DNA from: an uncultured Bacteroidota bacterium
GTDB taxonomy: Bacteria; Bacteroidota; Bacteroidia; AKYH767-A; JABDAW01
NCBI GenBank assembly: GCA_903911135.1
Contig: CAIWCG010000194.1
Coordinates: 1 to 58,516, forward strand
Direction of reading: 5' to 3'
DNA length: 58,516 nt
Positions 45,881-57,000 of the stretch are shown piece after piece (within the stretch, counting starts at the first letter, position 1; the number at the start of each line of letters is the position of its first letter). The notes beneath the pieces are model-generated. The model worked only from the letters and a program-made list of their open reading frames with translations, did no database searches and was not told the origin of the DNA. Both the position numbers and the translations under genes were made by a program.

Positions 45881-46543
45881 AATTAGATTTTCTTTTACAC
45901 ATTTCAAAAGCTGTGAAGAACTGATTAACTGCAAATTCTTCATAAGGTTTATCTGTCAATTTAGTTTGCTCTATAATCGGTTGTATTATACCCTTTCTAT
46001 TTGCAATGATTGTTGGGTGATTAATTCCTAAAGTTTCAAGCATTTTAGTAACTCTTTCTTTATCATTTGGCGACAAATCGGGATTTGGGATAAAAATATG
46101 TTCCTTTTCATAATAGAAGAGTAATCTAAACTCATCATATTCAGGCTCATCAGGTTTAAGTATGTAATCAACCTCTTTTCTCCCCTTAACTTTAGCAGAA
46201 TTAACATCGGAATGAATCATAAATAAATTAGACCATAACCAAGCTTTACTTGCTTTTAAGTTAGGATCAAAATGATCTAATTCACCAAATGATTTATCTT
46301 CTCCTTCAAAACAATAACATCCATCTTTCCAATTTAATGTTTCATAAAATATCTCATCACATAATAAAGATTCTGTGTAAGCACAAACACCTTTTTGGCA
46401 ATAGAATAGACTCATCACAACATCTTTGTAAAACTTGTTGTTGATGAATTATATACTCCATGATTTCTATCATCATTTTCAAGTACTTCTTCCCAAGATT
46501 TGTATTGAGTAGATTGAACAACAGACTTATCAATTTTCCTCAT
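45864..46543 (-). pseudogene. ptuB: PtuB-like HNH (TIGR02646-type) nuclease gene, apparently split by a frameshift near 46415-46425
   Basis: The 184-aa ORF (45864..46418) has CAYTE, ELDHFDP, WSNLF and a LETLGINHPTIIANRKG-type tail. A 42-aa ORF (46415..46543) starts 3 nt after the ATPase stop and reads like the missing N-terminus, but in another frame. Confidence 0.55.
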
Positions 46544-46546
46544 TTA

Positions 46547-47911
46547 TTACCAAACATCATAATTAATTTTACCAGTATCCCATCCTATTTTTTCAGCGAG
46601 TTTTTTATAATCATTCCATGTTTTGTCAATCAAGTCTTTATCAGCTTTTTCAATTTTCAGTTTCTTTAATTTCTCTTCTAACTGAGCCAATTCAACTAGT
46701 TTAGGAGTTCTTTCCTTGCTATTGCCATCAGGTAGAAAATCATAAACCTTCTGATAAATTGTATCCCATCGCATATATCTTGGGTCAATAAAATAATTAT
46801 CAACATGATTCTCGCCCCTGTAATATTTATCTCTTAAAATATATCCATCTTGATTGAACTTCAATTCTGCAATTTCCCAAGGTTCAAAACATGATAGTAT
46901 AAAAGCAGAATGTGTTGCGAAAAAGAATTGTGAATTCTTAGCCAATGAAGTATATATTTCAATAATCTCCGCTTGAATATCAGGATAAAGAGAGCGTTCT
47001 GGTTCATCAAAGAAAATACCACAATTATTAGGTTTAAGATAATATAATGGGATTGCAGAAATTATTATTTGTTTTGTTCCTGTACTTAATGAATCAAAAG
47101 GTATTATTTCATTCGTATGTACATTCTGAATCTGTAAATTCAAATCATTAACATCCTCCAATTCTGTTTTAGTTTTTAAATGGAATTTATTCAGAATTGG
47201 ATCAAGACAATTCTGTGCTAAATCACTAACTGGGTTTGGATTTTCTTTTAACCAATTCTGATATTCATTTTTTAACTCATCAGAGTTTTCCTTCATTATT
47301 TTTTTAGAAATCTCAATTCTGAAGTTTGTTTCTTTTATCCTATATTGTTGAACTTGAATAAGTGCGATGTCCAAGGCTCTTCTAGCATCTTGAATATTAA
47401 AAAAGTAAAAAATAGATTCCATAAATATTCCCCCACTGGGTATATCATTTTGTTTTTCAGCAGGGTAACTCAAAACACTTATATCGAGTTTTGTCCGAAT
47501 TCCTCGAAAATGTTCTAAAGCTTGCTTCACTGTCATTTGTATAGAATCAACAATGATGTTATCAATAATTGCTACTTGGTTATTTTCAATTACAAAATCA
47601 TAAGATATTCGATAATTATCAGTAAATGAAAGGCGTATATATGCTCCTTTGGGTAATTGTATATTAAAACTTTCTAAATATAAAGTAGGATTAAATTTAT
47701 CAGTATGGGCAATAAAATTGTAATCAAATTTACAATGAAATCCTAATTGTATCAACTTCAGCAATGTAGTTTTACCAGTCCCGCTTTGTCCAATAAAACA
47801 AACTTTATCCAATGGCTGTCCTTCCTTTGGATGTCCCTGTGGATAGGTTAAGTCAAGAGTAAAATCCTTGAATTGATAAAAATTCTTGAGTTCTATTTTC
47901 TTCAGTTTCAT
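46547..47911 (-). CDS. ptuA: PtuA-like ABC/AAA_15-type ATPase (Septu-like)
   Basis: 454 aa. Walker A GQSGTGKTT, signature-like LSTGTKQ, Walker B IFFDEPERSL, H-loop FFATHS. Confidence 0.6.
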   Translation of the reverse strand: MKLKKIELKNFYQFKDFTLDLTYPQGHPKEGQPLDKVCFIGQSGTGKTTLLKLIQLGFHCKFDYNFIAHTDKFNPTLYLESFNIQLPKGAYIRLSFTDNYRISYDFVIENNQVAIIDNIIVDSIQMTVKQALEHFRGIRTKLDISVLSYPAEKQNDIPSGGIFMESIFYFFNIQDARRALDIALIQVQQYRIKETNFRIEISKKIMKENSDELKNEYQNWLKENPNPVSDLAQNCLDPILNKFHLKTKTELEDVNDLNLQIQNVHTNEIIPFDSLSTGTKQIIISAIPLYYLKPNNCGIFFDEPERSLYPDIQAEIIEIYTSLAKNSQFFFATHSAFILSCFEPWEIAELKFNQDGYILRDKYYRGENHVDNYFIDPRYMRWDTIYQKVYDFLPDGNSKERTPKLVELAQLEEKLKKLKIEKADKDLIDKTWNDYKKLAEKIGWDTGKINYDVW

Positions 47912-48108
47912 TTTAACGTATTTACTATTATAAGATTCGCAAAACTAACAAAATTTATCCATAAAATTTATAGCATTTTTTATCTTTGAAGATACTGGTG
48001 CAATTTATAAGGCATGCTTTTGACTCTAAAATCTGAAAACATTTTTAAACCAATAATCAATATTATATCAATTTCAAATGACTTTCTTAAATCTTTACTC
48101 ATTCCTCC

Positions 48109-48450
48109 CTACAGCACCGGACTATCCACATAAGTCATGAATCCTTCGCCACAAGTTTTCTTGATGTCGGCGATGACGAACTTGGTGGAGGGGAGGATGT
48201 TCAAGGTCTCCTTGCTTTCGGAGTGTTCTTTGCAGAGGGGGAGGATGTAGATGGTGGAATCTATGGGTTTGGTTTGCAAATCCAAACCATCCAGTTTATG
48301 AACATGCGTCCCTACGATGTCCACCTTGCCACATCCTGCCACCACGCAGCCTGTTATCTGGCGGAAGCTGAAGTTCTTGTAATGCTGAAACCAGTTGCCG
48401 CATCTACAATTCTTTTCTGTCGGCTTACTGCTGATTTTTACTTCTATCAT
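48109..48450 (-). CDS. Small Cys/His-rich protein, possibly a zinc-binding HNH-like fold
   Basis: 113 aa. Has CRCGNW..H, GCVVAGCG, VGTHVH and ILPLCKEHSE. Its 3' third is duplicated at 42671-42815. Confidence 0.6.
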   Translation of the reverse strand: MIEVKISSKPTEKNCRCGNWFQHYKNFSFRQITGCVVAGCGKVDIVGTHVHKLDGLDLQTKPIDSTIYILPLCKEHSESKETLNILPSTKFVIADIKKTCGEGFMTYVDSPVL

Positions 48451-48522
48451 TGTGTTTATTTTTATTATTGTTTCTCATTTTGTTAATCCCTTTTTATGCT
48501 TGATTATGCCTTTTTGACAAAG

Positions 48523-48761
48523 TTTGAAGGAATCTTTACATTCCTTCAAACAATGTCAACATTGTTTGAAGAAGTCCTTACATTCCTTCAAGGTATGTGA
48601 ACATTGTTTGAAGAAGTCCTTGCATTCCTTCAAGGTATGTAAACATTGTTTGAAGAAGTCCTTGCATTCCTTCAAGGTATGTAAACATTGTTTGAAGAAG
48701 TCTTGACATTCCTTCAAACAATGTCAACATAGTTTGAAGATATCCTTACATCCCTTCAAAG
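48523..48761. repeat. 42-bp tandem array (array 8), about 5.7 units
   Basis: Units start at 48523, 48565, 48607, 48649, 48691 and 48733. TTGAAG..CTTCAA and AAACA-T-TGTTT inverted repeats. The terminal units differ from the three inner units. Confidence 0.9.
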
Positions 48762-48781
48762 TTTCGTCTTTTAGCTAATTT

Positions 48782-49699
48782 TTACCTGTTTACAGTGATT
48801 TGAATAATCAAATCGAAGCCTTGAGGTCCATCTTTGGTTATAATTTGATGCATGAACCACACCTCTATTCCTCCGGCTAAACCTGTAACTTGGGTACTGG
48901 CCTTGGTAGTTGGCAACATTCTATCGAAGGAAACTCCATCAAAAGAGATATGCCAATCATGACAGCCATTAGATGTGCCTGAACCAGCAGCAGTAAGATG
49001 GATGGTTCCTTGCACCACCGAATTGAAGGCACTCCAAGGTTGCTTTCCTCTTGGAGTAATGGTTTTAACTGTGAACCCTCCTGATTTTATCCCCACTTCC
49101 GCCGTTCCAGGGTTAGAATTTCCATAAGTTTGATAAAGAAACATGATCGCCTGCATGGCATTGTTCAGCAGCGTGAAGGTGGATTCTTCGTTGCCCGACC
49201 CAGAATTACCGTAGTTGGTGGCCAATGTTCGTCCGGCAGTTACGGTAGCCGGAGGTACGGTAACATAAGTGGTGGTAGCCATCAAGGTAAACATGTCCAT
49301 GGCCTGTTTTGTCTTGTCGGCCTTGCTGCCTTTCCAGTTTATGGTGGCGATATACTTCTTCTGCATCACGGGCAAGGACATCAAGACGATTTGCCCGTTG
49401 TATTGGTGGGCATCCACCCCATTTGCATTCAACCTTTTCAAGTCAAATGCGCTGATGTCATAAATCACCACCGACTCATCCATGGTTTCGTAAAGATTGT
49501 TTTTGAACATCTCAAAACGAGCCAAGATAAAGTTCACCAACCATAATACAGGAATCAAGAATCGTGATGGTGATTTCACAATTTCTTCCTCATCCATGCC
49601 AAATTCCCTGATTTGGTCATTCTTCAATGCTCTTTCCGAACATTCCCTGTGCTTCCTGGCGGTGTAGGATTCTTCAGGTCTTTTTACTTTGATTTTCAT
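48782..49699 (-). CDS. Hypothetical protein with an FN3-like C-terminus (P305)
   Basis: 305 aa. C-terminus GIEVWFMHQIITKDGPQGFDLIIQITV. Leader AATTAAAAAATTAAAAACATG resembles that of P217. Confidence 0.6.
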   Translation of the reverse strand: MKIKVKRPEESYTARKHRECSERALKNDQIREFGMDEEEIVKSPSRFLIPVLWLVNFILARFEMFKNNLYETMDESVVIYDISAFDLKRLNANGVDAHQYNGQIVLMSLPVMQKKYIATINWKGSKADKTKQAMDMFTLMATTTYVTVPPATVTAGRTLATNYGNSGSGNEESTFTLLNNAMQAIMFLYQTYGNSNPGTAEVGIKSGGFTVKTITPRGKQPWSAFNSVVQGTIHLTAAGSGTSNGCHDWHISFDGVSFDRMLPTTKASTQVTGLAGGIEVWFMHQIITKDGPQGFDLIIQITVNR

Positions 49700-49913
49700 G
49701 TTTTTAATTTTTTAATTATTATTAAAGATTATTCATTATGTGGCGGCACTTCCGCCATCGGTGGCAAAATTAGAGCGCCATCCACCCGAAATCCTTACAT
49801 AATTAATTATAAGACTTGTATGATTCACCTGCCTCTTAAGCAAACAAAAAACCGGTATCGACAATGAAAAGGAATGAACCGAATCACCACCCAAAACAAG
49901 GGAAGTTATTCGT

Positions 49914-50564
49914 CTATTGCTTTATTTGGAGGAGGTAATATTTCTTAATAATCCATTCTTTAATAATTCTATCATAAAATTTTGAATAGAACATAAATGA
50001 AAAATCATCCTTCCAAAGTATTTGATCATAAGCTTCATTATTTAGTTTTATTTTTATAACATTTCCTGTATTTATGTTTTTGAAGAATACTAATTCAAAG
50101 TAGGAAGTAATATATTCGGCAGAAAAATAAGCATAAAATAATTTTGAAGGAGAGAATATAAAAGAATCGAAAAGAGAGGTGTCGATTATTCCATTTTTTT
50201 GATTTACTAATAAATGTCTAATGTTAACAAGTTTTTGAATGACTAAGAAATATTTTATATCCTTATCATAACCTAAATACATGTATTGTTGGTAATCAAT
50301 ATCAGGATTATCTAAATTATTGGTGAACACCACTTCCTTCCCATTATCCAGCGGCAGTTTCAGCACACCATTTACTTTTTTAATCTTAGTAGTATCAATA
50401 ATAAAATCATCCTTTGGTGGCAAGCCATGCGAATAATAATAAGCACTGTCCACTTCCTTTAAAATATAGTCTTTGGTTTCTTCAATGACCTTAAAGTCTT
50501 GGGCATTGGCATTAATAGCCAAGAAGAACAGGCAGACATTAAGAAAGCATTGAGGCAATTTCAT
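49914..50564 (-). CDS. Secreted hypothetical protein (very AT-rich gene)
   Basis: Start taken at MKLPQCF..AINANAQ (signal peptide). N/K/I/Y-rich. Confidence 0.6.
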   Translation of the reverse strand: MKLPQCFLNVCLFFLAINANAQDFKVIEETKDYILKEVDSAYYYSHGLPPKDDFIIDTTKIKKVNGVLKLPLDNGKEVVFTNNLDNPDIDYQQYMYLGYDKDIKYFLVIQKLVNIRHLLVNQKNGIIDTSLFDSFIFSPSKLFYAYFSAEYITSYFELVFFKNINTGNVIKIKLNNEAYDQILWKDDFSFMFYSKFYDRIIKEWIIKKYYLLQIKQ

Positions 50565-51041
50565 ACGGCAAAGATAGATAATGACCAATTATTTAACAGG
50601 TATTCAGTATTTATGAGGAAGGAAATCAGTAATGGATAGATAAATGTACCCATTTGTGGCATATTCAAGATATTCTTTGTTTGTGATAGACATTTAAAGC
50701 TTAATGTCATCATGGATAATGATTTCCGATTTGGAATCTCAAACAGCAAATTATTTAACCTAATAAAGGATTTATCGCTCCTTAATTTCATCGAGTCACC
50801 GATGGCAAAAATCCATTATTAGCAAAGCTTTCAATGTTGCTTCTTAGTTCAGGGAATGTTAAATGTTTGCATAATCCCAATAAAAATGAAGAAAACATGA
50901 AAAACATGACGTGGGTCATAGGAGTGCAGTAGTCATCCCATTAATATTGCAACCTTAATACCAAGAACCAAAACAACATATCAACTTAAAGGGGAAGCTG
51001 AAAACCGCATAGAGTAAGCAACAATTAAACAACATAAAAAC

Positions 51042-54000
51042 ATGGAAACTACCATTTACTCAACGTCAAACAAAGGTGTAACAAGGTCTTTGATGATTAC
51101 GATGACCTTCGTACTTTTACTGTTCAGCGCCAACCAAAGTGCTGCCTGGACGCAAACGTATCAGATTTCGTCGTCAAATCAATTGCTTTATTGCTATTCC
51201 AATTGCGGACCTGATTCCTATTACGGAGCATCAGAAGGAGGCGATATAGGCTTTACCTGGAATGACAATCTGGGGTTTGGAGTGAATATCAGTTCCATAA
51301 CCATTCGATTTAGAGTAGGTATGGAGTGCAATTGGGGAGATAAAAGCACCACGATGAATGGCAATTATGCAGGCATGTTTTCTACTACAGATAATTGCGA
51401 TTGTTCGCTTTCCATAGATCCAATCTTTACCCTTAACCCAAATCCGGGTGATTATGTAATAGGGGGTGCCAATACTTTTTTAGTAACCAACCTTCAAAAT
51501 AACTTTGGCTTTTTTATGGATAATGATACGCTTGGCGGTTATGCAATGATAACGGTTGAATATACTCAATCGCCATTCATCTCCAGCTATTCTACAAACA
51601 GTGCCTGTATTGGAAACAACATCATTATTCATGGTACAGGTTTGGCAAATGTCAATTCGGTAATGTTTTTTGATAATGTAGCAGCAACTATCCTATCCAC
51701 CGATGCAACAAGCGTTATAGTAGAAGTTCCATCGGGTGCTACCTCCGGTCCCATCACTGTTTCTAATCCTGACGGAAATTATGTAGGAGGTGATTTCTAC
51801 ATCAATGGAACGGCACCAATAATAACCTGTCCTAACGGGCAGGTACTTTATTCAGGTCAAAACGATTGCCAAGTTGAAGCAACATTCGATGGAATGACCT
51901 CAGATGGAGTGGTAACCTATATTTATAATTCCAATTACATCAGTTCTCCATATTTCTTTCCCATTGGGCAAAATATGGTAGAAATGAATGTGATGACGGG
52001 CAATTGTAATATTGCATGCTTTTTCAATATCTCCGTTCTCGATACCGTTCTTCCAATACTGACACCCTGCCCATCCGATGTGGTGCAGGCATGTGCAGGA
52101 ATCATTTCTTATGAGACGCCCACTGCTACAGATAATTGTTCGATTAGCATGGCAGCAAGTGTTACTTATGCCTATACCGGAACACAACAATCTTGGACCG
52201 TGCCTCAAGGATTAACCAATATTCAGGTTGACCTTAGCGGTGCTCAAGGAGGAGGTACACAGTTTGGCAGCGATGGCGGAGCAGGCGGACGAGTAACCGC
52301 TACACTACCAGTAAATGGAGGGCAGATACTATATATATATGTAGGTGGAGCGCCAACGGATAATTCCGGTGGATATAATGGCGGAGGCGGTTGTTATGGA
52401 AACGGATATTCAGGTTCTGGAGGTGGAGCCTCAGACATCAGATTCGATAGTCCTGATTTAGGCAATAGAAGGATTGTTGCCGGTGGTGGAGGTGGATCAG
52501 GAGCAAATTGTAATTCATCGGACGAATGGGGTGGAGCTGGTGGTGATTTAATAGGTCAGACTGGTTACCAATGTGGCGGTAATTGTTGTTACACTGGCAC
52601 AGGAGGAACTCAATATTCAGGAGGTTATGACCAATATGGTTATGGTGCTTCAGGAGCATTTGGTAATGGAGGAAATGGTATTTGGGATGGCGGCGGCGGC
52701 GGTGGTGGTTTTTATGGTGGTGGTGGTGGAAGCTACGGCGGTGGCGGTGGCGGTAGCAGCTATACCGATCCATCTGCAATGAATGTTGTCCACACACAAG
52801 ACTATCAGGTTGGTAATGGTTATGTTATCATAAATTATAATCAAGCCTATCCTACCGTTACCCAAACATCCGGCTTGCCATCAGGTTCCTTCTTCCAAGC
52901 TAATGTAACGACCAATACTTTTGTAGCATCCGATCAATCAGGTAACACGGTTGCATGTTCTTTTAATGTAACAATAGATGATATTACTCCTCCAGTTATT
53001 GCTGGTTGTCCTGACGATATATATTTAGCATGCCCTGGTGTTGTTGATTATTTCCCACCAACAGCATCTGATGATTGCGATTCGGTTTTAGTTTATCAAG
53101 CGGGAGGTTTGGCTCCAGGCTCTAATTTTGTAAATGGAGCAACTATCAATACTTTTATTGCAATGGATGCCACTGGCAACACATCACAATGCTCATTTAC
53201 GGTAACAGTAAGTGACTATACCCCTCCTGTAATATTTGATTGCCCAGGTGATGTTGTTTCCTCTTGTCCAACAACTGTAGATTTTAATCCTCCAACAGCT
53301 TCAGATGATTGCAATGATGTAAATATCCAACAAACAATAGGATATGGTTCAGGTTATTATTACACAAGTGGGGTTTCTGTTAATACCTTTGTGGCAATAG
53401 ACGGATCTGGGAATACTGCTGAATGTACCTTCACGGTTACAATATCAGATGTCGATGCTCCTGAATTTACAAGTTGCCCGACCGACATTACCATGGCTTG
53501 TCCCGATGTAGTTTCGTATGATATCCCAACAGCTACCGATGCATGCATCTATTTAACAATAGTGCAAACTTCCGGACTTGTTTCTGGTTCTTTCTTCCCA
53601 AATGGAATCACAACAAATACCTTCCAAGCTACTGATGGATCAGGAAACACATCAGTTTGTACTTTTAATGTTTCCATTGATGATTCCACTCCTCCAGAAA
53701 TTGCAGGCTGTCCAGCCGATACTGTTATGTCATGCCCAGGAATCATTAATTTCAATATGCCAACAGTGTCAGACAATTGTACCTCTTCTGCAAACGGAAG
53801 CATAACATTTTCCTATACTGGAATAATTGAGAACTGGATGGTTCCTAATGGTGTTCCTACAGTAACAATTACAGCGCTCGGAGCCCAAGGAGGTCAGAGC
53901 AGCGGAGGTTCAGGAGGATTAGGTGCAAGTATGACAGGTATGGTTTCGGTTACTTCAGGTGAATCATTAAAAATCTTGGTTGGCCATCAGGGCTATTACG

Positions 54001-57000
54001 GAACACAAGGTGGTGGTGGTGGTGGTTCTTTCGTGACAGATAACAGTAATAACCCATTGGTAATTGCCGGTGGTGGTGGTGGTGGATATAATGGAGGAAG
54101 TTCCAGTTATTCAGCAAATGCAAATGGATCAATTTATACACAAGGAAATTCTGGTGTTTATGGAAGTGGAAATACTTATGGGGGAGCAGGTGGAACAAAC
54201 GGTGGTGGCGGAAATTGCTCCCCTCAATTTGGGAGTTCAGAAGGATCTGGTGGTGGTGGACTTATTGGCAACGGTTCAAATTGTTATGGGACAACAGGCG
54301 GGTACTCTTTTGTAAATGGTGGTGCTGGAGGTTCAGGAAATGGAAGTGGAGGAGGCGGAGGATTTGGTGGCGGTGGCGGTGGCGATTGGTATTATTGGAC
54401 AGGTGGTGGCGGTGGCGGTGGTTATTCTGGTGGTGGTGGTGGCACGTACTATGGTGTTGGTGGCGGAGGCGGATCATTTAATGCTGGCACCAACCAAACC
54501 AATAATGCAGGTGTAAATCCCGGCAATGGTTTGGTAATAATTTCATGGAATAATACATATCCAATGATTTCACAAACATCTGGATCACCTTCAGGTACCT
54601 TTATTGTAGCAAATACAACAAATACTTTTACGGCAATAGATGGCTCTGGCAATACATCTATTTGTTCATTTAATATAACTGTTAATGATAACACACCTCC
54701 TGTATTCGCTAATTGTCCTGCCGATATTATTTTATCTTGTCCTGGTAATGTGGATTATATTACTCCAACAGCTACCGATGATTGTGCCATTGTTAATGTG
54801 GAACAAACTGCTGGTTTGCCAACAGGATCATATTTTGCAAATGGAGTTATGATCAATACTTTTTTAGCAACCGATGCAGCTGGCAATACGTCTGTTTGTA
54901 CTTTTTCAGTAACGGTGAGTGATTACACTCCACCAGTAATTTCAAATTGTCCAACAGATTATGTTTTATCATGCCCTGGAGTAGTTGAATATACCACTCC
55001 AACAGCGTCTGATGACTGCATTATTGTTAATATTGAACAAACAGTAGGTTTGCCTACAGGTTCTTTTTTCCCAAATGGGGTTACTATAAATACGTTTGTT
55101 GCAACAGATGGATCGGATAATACTTCTGAATGTTCATTTTCTGTATCTATCAATGATAATGTCCCTCCCGTAATTGCTAATTGCCCAATAGATTCTGTTA
55201 TGTCATGTCCAGGAATAGTTAATTTCAATATTCCAACTGTGTCAGATAATTGTTCTTCAAATATAAATGGCAGCATTACTTTTAACTATTCAGGTTCAAT
55301 CGTAAGCTGGATTGTACCTACAGGAGTAACATCTGTTTCAGTATTGGCATTAGGTGGTCAAGGGGGTAGTGCAAGCGGAGGAGTTGGTGGATATGGTGCA
55401 AGTATTATTGGAACTTTTAATGTAACGCCTTCGGATAATATTCAAATACTTGTAGGACAACAAGGTGGAAACAACGTCGTGAATCAATATTATCGTGGTG
55501 GTGGTGGCGGAGGGGGCAGTTTTGTTTATAATTCTTCTTCTTCCACTCTGATGTTAGCAGCAGGTGGTGGTGGTGGTGCCGGACAATATGGATATGGAAG
55601 TTCTGTCAATTCTGATGCATCAATAACAACTAATGGAAAGTCTGGATATAATGGTGGCTTTGGCGGTTCATCTGGTAATGGAGGTGGAGCATCTTCTTAT
55701 GGTAGCGGCGGAGCTGGTTGGAATTCTAATGGTAACAATAGCGGTTACTCAACAGGAGGTTCAAGGTTTCATGGTGGTGGATCAGGTGGAAACGGGTATT
55801 CTGATGGTGCCAATGGTGGCTTTGGCGGCGGTGGTGGTTCTTATGCTGGTGCTGGTGGCGGAGGTGGCTATTCAGGTGGCGGAGGCGGTGGATGGTCTTA
55901 TTCAGGTTACGGAGGCGGAGGCGGTTCTTATAATGGAGGAACAAATCCTATAAACACTGTAGGAGTCAATAGTGGAAATGGTTTGGTTGTTATTTCATGG
56001 AGTAATGTTTTTCCTAATATAACACAAACTTCTGGATTGGCATCAGGTTCATACTTTGCAAATGGAATTACAACGAATACATTCATTGCAGAAGACGGAT
56101 CAGGTAATACAGCGTCTTGTTCTTTTATAATAACAGTGAACGATGTAACTCCTCCTGAACTTTTCAATTGCCCATCTGATATTTCTGTTTCCTGCCCTGG
56201 AATAATAATATTTGGTTCACCAATAGCGAATGATGATTGTGGCGTTGCTACTGTCGAGCAAATTATTGGGTTAGTATCAGGAACTATTTTCCCTTCTGGA
56301 ACAACTGAAGTTATGTTTAGAGCAACTGATGGATCAAACAATACTAGTACTTGTTCATTTAATGTAATTGTAGATGTTGATAATACCCCACCAACTATTG
56401 TTGGTTGCCCATCAGATCTAACAGTTAATTGTTCAAATATTGTTTCATTCGTTCCGCCAACAGTTACAGATAATTGTAACAATATTTCTTTGTCTGGAGG
56501 AAGTCAAACCTTTAATTATACAGGCACAATACAACACTTTACTGTTCCAGCAGGAGTTACATCAGTTAATCTTGATGCTTTTGGTGCCCAAGGGGTTGCA
56601 GTAGGCATGTATTCAGGAAATGGTGGAGAAGCAAAAGGTACAATGGCCGTTATTCCTGGACAGGTTTTGAATGTATTTGTGGGAGGACAAAATTTATTTA
56701 ATGGAGGTGGAACAGGTTATCATGGTGCAAATGGAGGTGATGCAACCGATATCAGATATCCTTCAACATCTATGAATGACAGAGTAATAGTTGCTGGCGG
56801 CGGCGGCGGAGCTGGTGGAGATAATTGGATATGTCAAAGTGGGGTAGATGGAAGTGGTGGTGGCGGAATTGCTGTGGGGCAAAATTTTGTCGGAGGATCT
56901 GGAGGTAGAGGTTATGCATTTTGTGGAACATCTGGAGGCACGAATGGTGGCACATCAGGCAATTCCTATCATGGTGGTGGTGCAGGTGGCGGTGGGCTAA

